Assembly: GCF_044704955.1 (NCBI RefSeq)
Contig: NC_091997.1
Location: 60,140,001 to 60,204,000 of the forward strand
Length of the DNA stretch: 64,000 nucleotides
Reading direction: 5' to 3'
Source of the DNA: Pristiophorus japonicus
Lineage: Eukaryota
Shown here: positions 31,588 to 46,440 of the stretch, in pieces
How positions within the stretch are numbered: the first letter of the stretch is position 1
How the letters are laid out: every line of letters starts with the position of its first letter
Notes under the pieces: model-generated
What the model was told of the DNA's origin: nothing
Databases searched by the model: none
Seen by the model: the letters and a program-made list of their open reading frames with translations, nothing else
Translations under genes and position numbers: made by a program

Positions 31588-34500
31588 TGTCCATTTCTCT
31601 ATTCTCCATTTCTCTATTCTCCATTTCTCTATTGTCCATCTCATTATTGTCCATCTCACTATTGCCCATCTCTCTATTGTCCATCTCTCGATTGTCCATC
31701 TCACTATTGTCCATCTCCCTATTGTCCATCTCCCTATTGTCCATCTCTCTATTGTCCGTCTCTCTGTTGTCCATCTCTCTATTGACAATGTCTCTATTGT
31801 CCATCTCACTATTGTCCATCTCTCTATTGACAATGTCTCTATTGTCCATCTATCTATTGTCCAACTCTCTATTGTCCATCTCACTATTGTCCATCTCTCT
31901 ATTTTCCATCTCTCATTGTTCATCTCACTGTTGTCCGTCTCTCTATTGTCCATCTATCTATTGTCCAACTCTCTATTGTCCATCTCACTATTGTCAATCT
32001 CTCTATTGTCCATCTCTCTATTGTCCGTCTCTTTATTGCCCATCTCTCTACTGTCCATCTTTCAATTGTCCATCTCTCTGTTGTCCATTTCTTTGTTGTT
32101 TGTCTCTCTTTTGTCCATCTCTCTATTCTCCATCTCTCTGTTGTCCATCTTTCTATTGTCCATCTCTCTATTGTCTGTCTTGCTATTGTCCATCTGTCTA
32201 TTCTCCATCTCTCTATTGTCCATCTCTCTTCGGTCCATCTCACTGGTGTCCATCTCGCTATTCTCTATCTCTCTATTGTTCATCTCTCTATTGTCCAACT
32301 CTCCATTGTCCAACTCTCTATATTCCATCTCACTGTTGCCCATCTCTCTATTGTCCATCTCTCTATTGTCCATCTCTCCATTGTCCATCTCTCTATCGTC
32401 CATCTCACTGTTGTCCATCTCTCTATCGTCCATCTCACTGTTGTCCTCTCTCTGTTGTCCGTCTCTCTATTGTCCATCTCTCTATTGTCCGTCTCACTGT
32501 TGATCATCTTTCTATTGTTCATCTCCCTATTGTCCATCTCTCTATTGCCCAACACTCTATTGTCCATCTGTCTGTATCGTCCATCTCTCTATTTTACCTC
32601 TCTCTATCGTCCATCTCTCTGTTGTCCGTCTCTCTATTGTCCATCTCTCTATTGTCCATCTCTCCATTGTCCATCTCTCTATCGTCCATCTCACTGTTGT
32701 CCATCTCTCTATCGTCCATCTCACTGCTTCCTCTCTCTGTTGTCCGTCTCTCTATTGTCCATCTCTCTATTTTCCATCTCACTGTTGATCATCTTTCTAT
32801 TGTCCATCTCCCTATTGTCCATCTCTCTATTGCCCAACTCTCTATTGTCCATCTGTCTGTATCGTCCATCTCTCTATTTTACATCTCTCTATCGTCCATC
32901 TCTCTGTTGTCCGTCTCTCTGTTGTCCGTCTCTCTATTGTCCATCTCTCTATTGTCCGTCTCACTGTTGATCATCTTTCTATTGTCCATCTCCCTATTGT
33001 CCATCTCTCTATTGCCCAACTCTCTATTCTCTGTCTCTCTATTGTCCATCTCACTGTTAGCCAGCTCTCTATTGTCCATCTATCTATTGTCCAACTCTCT
33101 ATGGTCCATCTCACTGTTGTCAATCTCTCTATTGTCCACCTCTCTATTGTCCATCTCTCTATTGTCCATCTCTCTATTGTCCAACTCTCTATATTCCATC
33201 TCACTGTTGCCCATCTCTCTATTGTCCATCTCTCTATTGTCCATCTCTCCATTGTCCATCTCTCTATCGTCCATCTCACTGTTGTCCATCTCTCTATCGT
33301 CCATCTCACTGTTGTCCTCTCTCTGTTGTCCGTCTCTCTATTGTCCATCTCTCTATTGTCCGTCTCACTGTTGATCATCTTTCTATTTTTCATCTCCCTA
33401 TTGTCCATCTCTCTATTGCCCAACTCTCTATTGTCCATCTGTCTGTATCGTCCATCTCGCTATTTTACATCTCTCTATCGTCCATCTCTCTGTTGTCCGT
33501 CTCTCTATTGTCCATCTCTCTATTGTCCATCTCTCCATTGTCCATCTCTCTATCGTCCATCTCACTGTTGTCCATCTCTCTATCGTCCATCTCACTGCTT
33601 CCTCTCTCTGTTGTCCGTCTCTCTTTTGTCCATCTCTCTATTTTCCATCTCACTGTTGATCATCTTTCTATTGTCCATCTCCCTATTGTCCATCTCTCTA
33701 TTGCCCAACTCTCTATTGTCCATCTGTCTGTATCGTCCATCTCTCTATTTTACATTTCTCTATCGTCCATCTCTCTGTTGTCCGTCTCTCTGTTGTCCGT
33801 CTCTCTATTGTCCATCTCTCTATTGTCCGTCTCACTGTTGATCATCTTTCTATTGTCCATCTCTCTATTGCCCAACTCTCTATTCTCTGTCTCTCTATTG
33901 TCCATCTCACTGTTATCCAGCTCTCTATTGTCCATCTCTCTATTGTCCATCTCTCTATTGTCCATCTCACTGTTGACCATGTCTCTATTGTCCATCTCTC
34001 TATTGTCCGTCTCTCTGTTGCCCATCTCTCTATTGACAATGTCTCTATTGTCCATCTCACTATTGTCCATCTCACCATTGTCCATCTATCTATTGTCCAA
34101 CTCTCTATTGTTCATCTCACTGTTGTCCATCTCTCTATTCTCCATCTCTCTGTTGTCCATCTTTCTATTGTCCATCTCTCTATTGTCTGTCTTGCTATTG
34201 TCCATCTCTATCTTTTCTGTCTCACTATTGTCCATCTCACTATTGTCCATCTGTCTATTCTCCATCTCTCTATTGTCCATCTCTCTTCGGTCCATCTCAC
34301 TGGTGTCCAACTCGCTATTCTCTATCTCTCTATTGTTCATCTCTCTATTGTCCAACTCTCCATTGTCCAACTCTCTATATTCCATCTCACTGTTGCCCAT
34401 CTCTCTATTGTCCATCTCTCTATTGTCCATCTCTCCATTGTCCATCTCTCTATCGTCCATCTCACTGTTGTCCATCTCTCTATCGTCCATCTCACTGTTG

Positions 34501-37500
34501 TCCTCTCTCTGTTGTCCGTCTCTCTATTGTCCATCTCTCTATTGTCCGTCTCACTGTTGATCATCTTTCTATTGTTCATCTCCCTATTGTCCATCTCTCT
34601 ATTGCCCAACTCTCTATTGTCCATCTGTCTGTATCGTCCATCTCTCTATTTTACCTCTCTCTATCGTCCATCTCTCTGTTGTCCGTCTCTCTATTATCCA
34701 TCTCTCTATTGTCCATCTCTCCATTGTCCATCTCTCTATCGTCCATCTCACTGTTGTCCATCTCTCTATCGTCCATCTCACTGCTTCCTCTCTCTGTTGT
34801 CCGTCTCTCTATTGTCCATCTCTCTATTTTCCATCTCACTGTTGATCATCTTTCTATTGTCCATCTCCCTATTGTCCATCTCTCTATTGCCCAACTCTCT
34901 ATTGTCCATCTGTCTGTATCGTCCATCTCTCTATTTTACATCTCTCTATCGTCCATCTCTCTGTTGTCCGTCTCTCTGTTGTCCGTCTCTCTATTGTCCA
35001 TCTCTCTATTGTCCGTCTCACTGTTGATCATCTTTCTATTGTCCATCTCCCTATTGTCCATCTCTCTATTGCCCAACTCTCTATTCTCTGTCTCTCTATT
35101 GTCCATCTCACTGTTAGCCAGCTCTCTATTGTCCATCTATCTATTGTCCAACTCTCTATGGTCCATCTCACTGTTGTCAATCTCTCTATTGTCCACCTCT
35201 CTATTGTCCATCTCACTCTTGTCCATCTCTCTATTGTCCAACTCTCTATATTCCATCTCACTGTTGCCCATCTCTCTATTGTCCATCTCTCTATTGTCCA
35301 TCTCTCCATTGTCCATCTCTCTATCGTCCATCTCATTGTTGTCCATCTCTCTATCGTCCATCTCACTGTTGTCCTCTCTCTGTTGTCCGTCTCTCTATTG
35401 TCCATCTCTCTATTGTCCGTCTCACTGTTGATCATCTTTCTATTTTTCATCTCCCTATTGTCCATCTCTCTATTGCCCAACTCTCTATTGTCCATCTGTC
35501 TGTATCGTCCATCTCTCTATTTTACATCTCTCTATCGTCCATCTCTCTGTTGTCCGTCTCTCTATTGTCCATCTCTCTATTGTCCATCTCTCCATTGTCC
35601 ATCTCTCTATCGTCCATCTCACTGTTGTCCATCTCTCTATCGTCCATCTCACTGCTTCCTCTCTCTGTTGTCCGTCTCTCTTTTGTCCATCTCTCTATTT
35701 TCCATCTCACTGTTGATCATCTTTCTATTGTCCATCTCCCTATTGTCCATCTCTCTATTGCCCAACTCTCTATTGTCCATCTGTCTGTATCGTCCATCTC
35801 TCTATTTTACATTTCTCTATCGTCCATCTCTCTGTTGTCCGTCTCTCTGTTGTCCGTCTCTCTATTGTCCATCTCTCTATTGTCCGTCTCACTGTTGATC
35901 ATCTTTCTATTGTCCATCTCTCTATTGCCCAACTCTCTATTCTCTGTCTCTCAATTGTCCATCTCACTGTTATCCAGCTCTCTATTGTCCATCTCTCTAT
36001 TGTCCATCTCTCTATTGTCCATCTCACTGTTGACCATGTCTCTATTGTCCATCTCTCTATTGTCCGTCTCTATGTTGCCCATCTCTCTATTGACAATGTC
36101 TCTATTGTCCATCTCACTATTGTCCATCTCACCATTGTCCATCTATCTATTGTCCAACTCTCTATTGTCCATCTCACTGTTGTCAATCTCTCTATTGTCC
36201 ACCTCTCTATTGTCCATCTCTCTATTGTCCATCTCTCTATTGTCCAACTCTCTATATTCCATCTCACTGTTGCCCATCTCTCTATTGTCCATCTCTCTAT
36301 TGTCCATCTCTCCATTGTCCATCTCTCTATCGTCCATCTCACTGTTGTCCATCTCTCTCTAGTCCATCTCACTGTTGTCCTCTCTCTGTTGTCCGTCTCT
36401 CTATTGTCCATCTCTCTATTGTCCGTCTCACTGTTGATCATCTTTCTATTTTTCATCTCACTATTGTCCATCTCTCTATTGCCCAACTCTCTATTGTCCA
36501 TCTGTCTGTATCGTCCATCTCTCTATTTTACATCTCTCTATCGTCCATCTCTCTGTTGTCCGTCTCTCTATTGTCCATCTCTCTATTGTCCATCTCTCCA
36601 TTGTCCATCTCTCTATCGTCCATCTCACTGTTGTCCATCTCTCTATCGTCCATCTCACTGCTTCCTCTCTCTGTTGTCCGTCTCTCTTTTGTCCATCTCT
36701 CTATTTTCCATCTCACTGTTGATCATCTTTCTATTGTCCATCTCCCGATTGTCCATCTCTCTATTGCCCAACTCTCTATTGTCCATCTGTCTGTATCGTC
36801 CATCTCTCTATTTTACATTTCTCTATCGTCCATCTCTCTGTTGTCCGTCTCTCTGTTGTCCGTCTCTCTATTGTCCATCTCTCTATTGTCCGTCTCACTG
36901 TTGATCATCTTTCTATTGTCCATCTCTCTATTGCCCAACTCTCTATTCTCTGTCTCTCTATTGTCCATCTCACTGTTATCCAGCTCTCTATTGTCCATCT
37001 CTCTATTGTCCATCTCTCTATTGTCCATCTCACTGTTGACCATGTCTCTATTGTCCATCTCTCTATTGTCCGTCTATCTGTTGCCCATCTCTCTATTGAC
37101 AATGTCTCTATTGTCCATCTCACTATTGTCCATCTCACCAGTGTCCATCTATCTATTGTCCAACTCTCTATTGTCCATCTCACTGTTGTCAATCTCTCTA
37201 TTGTCCACCTCTCTATTGTCCATCTCTCTATTGTCCGTCTCTCTATTGTCCATCTCACTGTTGTCCATCTCACTCTTGTCCATCTCTCTATTGTCCATCT
37301 TTCTATTGTCCATCTCTCAATTGTCCATCTCTCTGTTGTCCATTTCATTGTTGTCCATCTCTCTTTTGTCCATCTCCCTGTTGTCCATCGCTCTATTGCC
37401 CATCTCTCTGTTGTCCATCTCTCTATAGTCCATGTCTCTATTGTCCATCTCTCTATTGTCCATCTCTCTGTTGTCCATCTCTCTATAGTCCATGTCTCTG

Positions 37501-40500
37501 TTGTCCATCTCTCTATTGTCCATCTCTCTTTTGTCCATCTCTCTGTTTTCCATCTCTCTACTGTCCATCTCTCAATTGTCCATTTCTCTATTGCCCATCT
37601 CTCGTTTTTCCATGTCTCTATTGTCTGTCTCGCTATTGTCCATCTCTATACTTTCTGTCTTACAATTGTCCATCTCTCTGTTGTTAAAACTCTCTATTGT
37701 CCATCTGTCTGTATCGTCCATCTCTCTATTGTCCATCTCTCTATCGTCCATCTCACTGTTGTCCATCTCTCTATTGTCCATCTCTCTATTGTTCATCTCT
37801 CTATTTTCCTCTCTCTATTGTCTATCTCCCTATTGTCCATCTCTCTATTATCCATCTCTCTGTTTTCCTCTCTCTATTGTCCATCTCTCAATTGTCCGTC
37901 TCTCAATTGTCCATCTATCTATTCTCGAACTCTCTATTGTCCATCTGTCTGTATTGTCCATCTCTCTATTGTCCATCTCTCTATTGTTCATCTCTCTATT
38001 TTCCTCTCTCTATTGTCTATCTCCCTATTGTCCATCTCTCTATTATCCATCTCTCTGTTTTCCTCTCTCTATTGTCCATCTCTCAATTGTCCGTCTCTCA
38101 ATTGTCCATCTATCTATTCTCGAACTCTCTATTGTCCATCTGTCTGTATTGTCCATCTCTCTATTGTCCATCTCTATATCTTCCATCAGTCTTTGTCCAT
38201 CTCTCTGTTGTCCGTCTCTCTGTTGTCCATCTCTCTATTGTCCATCTTTCTGTTGTCCGTCTCTCTGTTGTCCATCTCTCTATTGTCCATCTCTCGATTG
38301 TCCATCTCTCTATTGTCCGTCTCTCTATTGTCCATCACTCTATTGTCCATCTCTCTATCGTCCATCTCTCTATCGGCCATCTCACTGTTGTCCGTCTCTC
38401 TGTTGTCCATCTCTCTATTGTACATCTCTCTATTGTCCAGCTCTCTATTGTCCATCTCTCTTTTGTTCATCTCTCTATTGTCCAACTCTCTGTTGTTCAT
38501 CTCTCTATTGTCCATCTCTCTGTTGTTCATCTCTCTATTGTCCGTCTCTCTGTTGTCCATCTCTCTATTGTCCGTCTCTCTATTGTCCATCTCTCAATTG
38601 TCTTTCTCTCTATTGTCCATCTCTCTATTGTCCATCTCTCTATTGTCCATCTCCGTATTGTCCGTCTCTCTATTGTCCATCTCTCTATTATCCATCTCTC
38701 TGTTTTCCTCTCTGTATTGTCCATCTCTCTATTGTCTTTCTCTCTATGGTGCATTTCTCTATTGTCCATCTCTCTATTGACCTCCTCTCTATTGTCCATC
38801 TCACTATTGTCCGTCTCTCTATTGTCCATCTCTCTATCATCCATCTCTCTGTTTTCCTCTCTCTATTGACCATTTCTCTATTGACCATCTCTCTATTGTC
38901 CATCTCTCTATTGTCCGTCTCACTGTTGATCATCTTTCTATTGTTCATCTCCCTATTGTCCATCTCTCTATTGCCCAACTCTCTATTGTCCATCTGTCTG
39001 TATCGTCCCTCTCTCTATTTTACCTCTCTCTATCGTCCATCTCTCTGTTGTCCGTCTCTCAATTGTCCATCTCTCTATTGTCCATCTCTCCATTGTCCAT
39101 CTCTCTATCGTCCATCTCACTGTTGTCCATTTCTCCATCGTCAATCTCACTGCTTCCTCTCTCTGTTGTCCGTCTCTCTATTGTCCATCTCTCTATTTTC
39201 CATCTCACTGTTGATCATCTTTCTATTGTCCATCTCCCTATTGTCCATCTCTCTATTGCCCAACACTCTATTGTCCATCTGTCTGTATCGTCCATCTCTC
39301 TATTTTACATCTCTCTATCGTCCATCTCTCTGTTGTCCGTCTCTCTGTTGTCCGTCTCTCTATTGTCCATCTCTCTATTGTCCGTCTCACTGTTGATCAT
39401 CTTTCTATTGTCCATCTCCCTATTGTCCATCTCTCTATTGCCTAACTCTCTATTCTCTGTCTCTCTATTGTCCATCTCACTATTATCCAGCTCTCTATTG
39501 TCCATCTATCTATTGTCCAACTCTCTATGGTCCATCTCACTGTTGTCAATCTCTCCATTGTCCATCTCTCTATCGTCCATATCACTGTTGTCCATCTCTC
39601 TATCGTCCATCTCACTGTTGTCCTCTCTCTGTTGTCCGTCTCTCTATTGTCCATCTCTCTATTGTCCGTCTCACTGTTGATCATCTTTCTATTTTTCATC
39701 TCCCTATTGTCCATCTCTCTATTGCCCAACTCTCTATTGTCCATCTGTCTGTATCGTCCATCTCTCTATTTTACATCTCTCTATCGTCCATCTCTCTGTT
39801 GTCCGTCTCTCTATTGTCCATCTCTCTATTGTCCATCTCTCCATTGTCCATCTCTCTATCGTCCATCTCACTGTTGTCCATCTCTCTATCGTCCATCTCA
39901 CTGCTTCCTCTCTCTGTTGTCCGTCTCTCTATTGTCCATCTCTCTATTTTCCATCTCACTGTTGATCATCTTTCTATTGTCCATCTCCCTATTGTCCATC
40001 TCTCTATTGCCCAATACTCTATTGTCCATCTGTCTGTATCGTCCATCTCTCTATTTTACATCTCTCTATCGTCCATCTCTCTGTTGTCCGTCTCTCTGTT
40101 GTCCGTCTCTCTATTGTCCATCTCTCTATTGTCCGTCTCACTGTTGATCATCTTTCTATTGTCCATCTCCCTATTGTCCATCTCTCTGTTGCCCAACTCT
40201 CTATTCTCTGTCTCTCTATTGTCCATCTCACTGTTAGCCAGCTCTCTATTGTCCATCTATCTATTGTCCAACTCTCTATGGTCCATCTCACTGTTGTCAA
40301 TCTCTCTATTGTCCACCTCTCTATTGTCCATCTCTCTATTGTCCATCTCTCTATTGTCCAACTCTCTATATTCCATCTCACTGTTGCTCATCTCTCTATT
40401 GTCCATCTCTCTATTGTCCATCTCTCCATTGTCCATCTCTCTATCGTCCATCTCACTGTTGTCCATCTCTCTATCGTCCATCTCACTGCTTCCTCTCTCT

Positions 40501-43500
40501 GTTGTCCGTCTCTCTTTTGTCCATCTCTCTATTTTCCATCTCACTGTTGATCATCTTTCTATTGTCCATCTCCCTATTGTCCATCTCTCTATTGCCCAAC
40601 TCTCTATTGTCCATCTGTCTGTATCGTCCATCTCTCTATTTTACATTTCTCTATCGTCCATCTCTCTGTTGTCCGTCTCTCTGTTGTCCGTCTCTCTATT
40701 GTCCATCTCTCTATTGTCCGTCTCACTGTTGATCATCTTTCTATTGTCCATCTCTCTATTGCCCAACTCTCTATTCTCTGTCTCTCTATTGTCCATCTCA
40801 CTGTTATCCAGCTCTCTATTGTCCATCTCTCTATTGTCCATCTCTCTATTGTCCATCTCACTGTTGTCCATGTCTCTATTGTCCATCTCTCTATTGTCCG
40901 TCTCTCTGTTGCCCATCTCTCTATTGACAATGTCTCTATTGTCCATCTCACTATTGTCCATCTCACCATTGTCCATCTATCTATTGTCCAACTCTCTATT
41001 GTCCATCTCACTGTTGTCAATCTCTCTATTGTCCACCTCTCTATTGTCCATCTCTCTATTGTCCGTCTCTCTATTGTCCATCTCACTGTTGTCCATCTCA
41101 CTCTTGTCCATCTCTCTATTGTCCATCTTTCTATTGTCCATCTCTCAATTGTCCATCTCTCTGTTGTCCATTTCATTGTTGTCCATCTCTCTTTTGTCCA
41201 TCTCCCTGTTGTCCATCGCTCTATTGCCCATCTCTTGTTGTCCATCTCTCTATAGTCCATGTCTCTATTGTCCATCTCTCTATTGTCCATCTCTCTGTTG
41301 TCCATCTCTCTATAGTCCATGTCTCTATTGTCCATCTCTCTATTGTCCATCTCTCTTTTGTCCATCTCTCTGTTTTCCATCTCTCTACTGTCCATCTCTC
41401 AATTGTCCATTTCTCTATTGCCCATCTCTCGATTTTCCATGTCTCTATTGTCTGTCTCGCTATTGTCCATCTCTATACTTTCTGTCTTACAATTGTCCAT
41501 CTCTCTGTTGTTAAAACTCTCTATTGTCCATCTGTCTGTATCGTCCATCTCTCTATTGTCCATCTCTCTATCGTCCATCTCACTGTTGTCCATCTCTCTA
41601 TTGTCCATCTCTCTATTGTTCATCTCTCTATTTTCCTCTCTCTATTGTCTATCTCCCTATTGTCCATCTCTCTATTATCCATCTCTCTGTTTTCCTCTCT
41701 CTATTGTCCATCTCTCAATTGTCCGTCTCTCAATTGTCCATCTATCTATTCTCGAACTCTCTATTGTCCATCTGTCTGTATTGTCCATCTCTCTATTGTC
41801 CATCTCTATATCGTCCATCAGTCTTTGTCCATCTCTCTGTTGTCCATCTCTCTGTTGTTAAAACTCTCTATTGTCCATCTGTCTGTATCGTCCATCTCTC
41901 TATTGTCCATCTCTCTATCGTCCATCTCACTGTTGTCCATCTCTCTATTGTCCATCTCTCTATTGTTCATCTCTCTATTTTCCTCTCTCTATTGTCTATC
42001 TCCCTATTGTCCATCTCTCTGTTGTCCGTCTCTCTGTTGTCCATCTCTCTATTGTCCATCTTTCTGTTGTCCGTCTCTCTGTTGTCCATCTCTCTATTGT
42101 CCATCTCTCGATTGTCCATCTCTCTATTGTCCGTCTCTCTATTGTCCATCACTCTATTGTCCATCTCTCTATCGTCCATCTCTCTATCGGCCATCTCACT
42201 GTTGTCCGTCTCTCTGTTGTCCATCTCTCTATTGTACATCTCTCTTTTGTTCATCTCTCTATTGTCCAACTCTCTGTTGTTCATCTCTCTATTGTCCATC
42301 TCTCTGTTGTTCATCTCTCTATTGTCCGTCTCTCTGTTGTCCATCTCTCTATTGTCCGTCTCTCTATTGTCCATCTCTCGATTGTCTTTCTCTCTATTGT
42401 CCATCTCTCTATTGTCCATCTCTCTATTGTCCATCTCCGTATTGTCCGTCTCTCTATTGTCCATCTCTCTATTATCCATCTCTCTGTTTTCCTCTCTGTA
42501 TTGTCCATCTCTCTATTGTCTTTCTCTCTATGGTGCATTTCTCTATTGTCCATCTCTCTATTGACCTCCTCTCTATTGTCCATCTCACTATTGTCCGTCT
42601 CTCTATTGTCCATCTCTCTATCATCCATCTCTCTGTTTTCCTCTCTCTATTGACCATTTCTCTATTGACCATCTCTCTATTGTCCATCTCTCTATTGTCC
42701 GTCTCACTATTGATCATCTTTCTATTGTTCATCTCCCTATTGTCCATCTCTCTGTTGCCCAACTCTCTATTGTCCATCTGTCTGTATCGTCCATCTCTCT
42801 ATCGTCCATCTCTCTGTTGTCCGTCTCTCAATTGTCCATCTCTCTATTGTCCATCTCTCCATTGTCCATCTCTCTATCGTCCATCTCACTGTTGTCCATT
42901 TCTCCATCGTCAATCTCACTGCTTCCTCTCTCTGTTGTCCGTCTCTCTATTGTCCATCTCTCTATTTTCCATCTCACTGTTGATCATCTTTCTATTGTCC
43001 ATCTCCCTATTGTCCATCTCTCTATTGCCCAACACTCTATTGTCCATCTGTCTGTATCGTCCATCTCTCTATTTTACATCTCTCTATCGTCCATCTCTCT
43101 GTTGTCCGTCTCTCTGTTGTCCGTCTCTCTATTGTCCATCTCTCTATTGTCCGTCTCACTGTTGATCATCTTTCTATTGTCCATCTCCCTATTGTCCATC
43201 TCTCTAATGCCTAACTCTCTATTCTCTGTCTCTCTATTGTCCATCTCACTATTATCCAGCTCTCTATTGTCCATCTATCTATTGTCCAACTCTCTATGGT
43301 CCATCTCACTGTTGTCAATCTCTCCATTGTCCATCTCTCTATCGTCCATATCACTGTTGTCCATCTCTCTATCGTCCATCTCACTGTTGTCCTCTCTCTG
43401 TTGTCCGTCTCTCTATTGTCCATCTCTCTATTGTCCGTCTCACTGTTGATCATCTTTCTATTTTTCATCTCCCTATTGTCCATCTCTCTATTGCCCAACT

Positions 43501-46440
43501 CTCTATTGTCCATCTGTCTGTATCGTCCATCTCTCTATTTTACATCTCTCTATCATCCATCTCTCTGTTGTCCGTCTCTCTATTGTCCATCTCTCTATTG
43601 TCCATCTCTCCATTGTCCATCTCTCTATCGTCCATCTCACTGTTGTCCATCTCTCTATCGTCCATCTCACTGCTTCCTCTCTCTGTTGTCCGTCTCTCTA
43701 TTGTCCATCTCTCTATTTTCCATCTCACTGTTGATCATCTTTCTATTGTCCATCTCCCTATTGTCCATCTCTCTATTGCCCAACACTCTATTGTCCATCT
43801 GTCTGTATCGTCCATCTCTCTATTTTACATCTCTCTATCGTCCATCTCTCTGTTGTCCGTCTCTCTGTTGTCCGTCTCTCTATTGTCCATCTCTCTATTG
43901 TCCGTCTCACTGTTGATCATCTTTCTATTGTCCATCTCCCTATTGTCCATCTCTCTATTGCCCAACTCTCTATTGTCCATCTGTCTGTATCGTCCATCTC
44001 TCTATTTTACATCTCTCTATCGTCCATCTCTCTGTTGTCCGTCTCTCTATTGTCCATCTCTCTATTGTCCATCTCTCCATTGTCCATCTCTCTATCGTCC
44101 ATCTCACTGTTGTCCATCTCTCTATCGTCCATCTCACTGCTTCCTCTCTCTGTTGTCCGTCTCTCTATTGTCCATCTCTCTATTTTCCATCTCACTGTTG
44201 ATCATCTTTCTATTGTCCATCTCCCTATTGTCCATCTCTCTATTGCCCAACACTCTATTGTCCATCTGTCTGTATCGTCCATCTCTCTATTTTACATCTC
44301 TCTATCGTCCATCTCTCTGTTGTCCGTCTCTCTGTTGTCCGTCTCTCTATTGTCCATCTCTCTATTGTCCGTCTCACTGTTGATCATCTTTCTATTGTCC
44401 ATCTCCCTATTTGTCCATCTCTCTATTGCCCAACGCTCTATTCTCTGTCTCTCTATTGTCCATCTCACTGTTATCCAGCTCTCTATTGTCCATCTATCTA
44501 TTGTCCAACTCTCTATGGTCCATCTCACTGTTGTCAATCTCTCCATTGTCCATCTCTCTGTCGTCCATCTCACTGTTGTCCATCTCTCCATCGTCCATCT
44601 CACTGTTGTCCTCTCTCTGTTGTCCGTCTCTCTATTGTCCATCTCTCTATTGTCCATCTCACTGTTGTCCATGTCTCTATTGTCCATCTCTCTATTGTCC
44701 GTCTCTCTGATGCCCATCTCTCTATTGACAATGTCTCTATTGTCCATCTCACTATTGTCCATCTCACCATTGTCCATCTATCTATTGTCCAACTCTCTAT
44801 TGTCCATCTCACTGTTGTCAATCTCTCTATTGTCCACCTCTCTATTGTCCATCTCTCTATTGTCTGTCTCTCTATTGTCCATCTCACTGTTGTCCATCTC
44901 ACTCTTGTCCATCTCTCTATTGTCCATCTTTCTATTGTCCATCTCTCAATTGTCCATCTCTCTTTTGTCCATTTCATTGTTGTCCATCTCTCTTTTGTCC
45001 ATCTCCCTGTTGTCCATCGCTCTATTGCCCATCTCTCTGTTGTCCATCTCTCTATAGTCCATGTCTCTATTGTCCATCTCTCTGTTGTCCATCTCTCTAT
45101 AGTCCATGTCTCTATTGTCCATCTCTCTACTGTCCATCTCTCAATTGTCCATCTCTCTATTGCCCATCTCTCGATTTTCCATGTCTCTATTGTCTGTCTG
45201 CTATTGTCCATCTCTATACTTTCTGTCTTACAATTGTCCATCTCTCTATTGTTAAAACTCTCTGTTGTCCATCTGTCTGTATCGTCCATCTCTCTATTGT
45301 CCATCTCTCTATCGTCCATCTCACTGTTGTCCATCTCTCTATTGTCCATCTCTCTATTGTTCATCTCTCTATTTTCCTCTCTCTATTGTCTATCTCCCTA
45401 TTGTCCATCTCTCTATTATCCATCTCTCTGTTTTCCTCTCTCTATTGACCATCTCTCTATTGTTTAACTCTCTATTGTCCATCTCTCTATTGTCTGTCTC
45501 TCAATTGTCCATCTATCTATTCTCGAACTCTCTATTGTCCATCTGTCTGTATTGTCCATCTCCCTATTGTCCATCTCTATATCGTCCATCTGTCTTTGTC
45601 CATCTCTCTGTTGTCCGTCTCTCTGTTGTCCATCTCTCTGTTGTCCATCTCTCTATTGTCCATCTCTCTATTGTCCATCTCTCTATTGTCCATCTCTCTA
45701 TTGTCCATCTCTCTATTGTCCATCTCTCGGTTGTCCATCTCTCTGTTGTCCATCTCTCTATTGTCGATCTCACTGTTGTCCATCTCTCTATTGTCCATCT
45801 CTGTGTTGTCCATCTCTCTAGTGTCCATCTCTCTATTGTCCATCTCTCTATTATCCATCTCTATGTTGTCCATCTCTCTATTGTCGATCTCTCTGTTGTC
45901 CATCTCTCTATTGTCCATCTTTCTATAGTCCATCTCTCTCTTGTCCATCTCTCTATTGTCCATCTCTCTGTTGTCCATCTCTCTGTTGTCCATCTATCTT
46001 TAGTCCATCTCTCTATTGTCCATCTCTCTATTTTCCATCTCTCTGTTGTCCATCTCTCTGTTGTCCATCACTCTATTGTCCATCTTAGTATTGTCCATCT
46101 CGATATTGTCAATCTCTTTGTTGTCCGTCTCTCTGTTGTCCATCTCTCTGTTGTCCATCTCACAGTTTTCCATCTCTCTATTGTCCATCTCTCTATTCTC
46201 ATCTTTCTGTTGCCAACTCTCTATTGTCCATCTCTCTATTGTCCATCTCTTTGCTGTCCATCTTTCTGTTGTACATCTCTCTATTCTCCATCTCTCTATT
46301 TTCCATCTCTCTATTGTCCTTTCTTTGTTGTCCATCTCTCTATTGTCCATCTCTCTATTGTCCATCTCTCTGTTGTCTATCTCACTGTTGGGTACCTCTC
46401 TCCTGTCCAAATCTCAGTCGTCCTCCTCGCTGTTGTCCAT
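31588..46440. repeat. ~14.9-kb satellite array, 15-bp unit (tctctattgtccatc), with higher-order repeats
   Basis: Continuous 15-bp periodicity. Near-identical ORF translations recur at offsets 467, 871, 1006, 2057, 3769 and 3827 bp. Confidence 0.98.
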
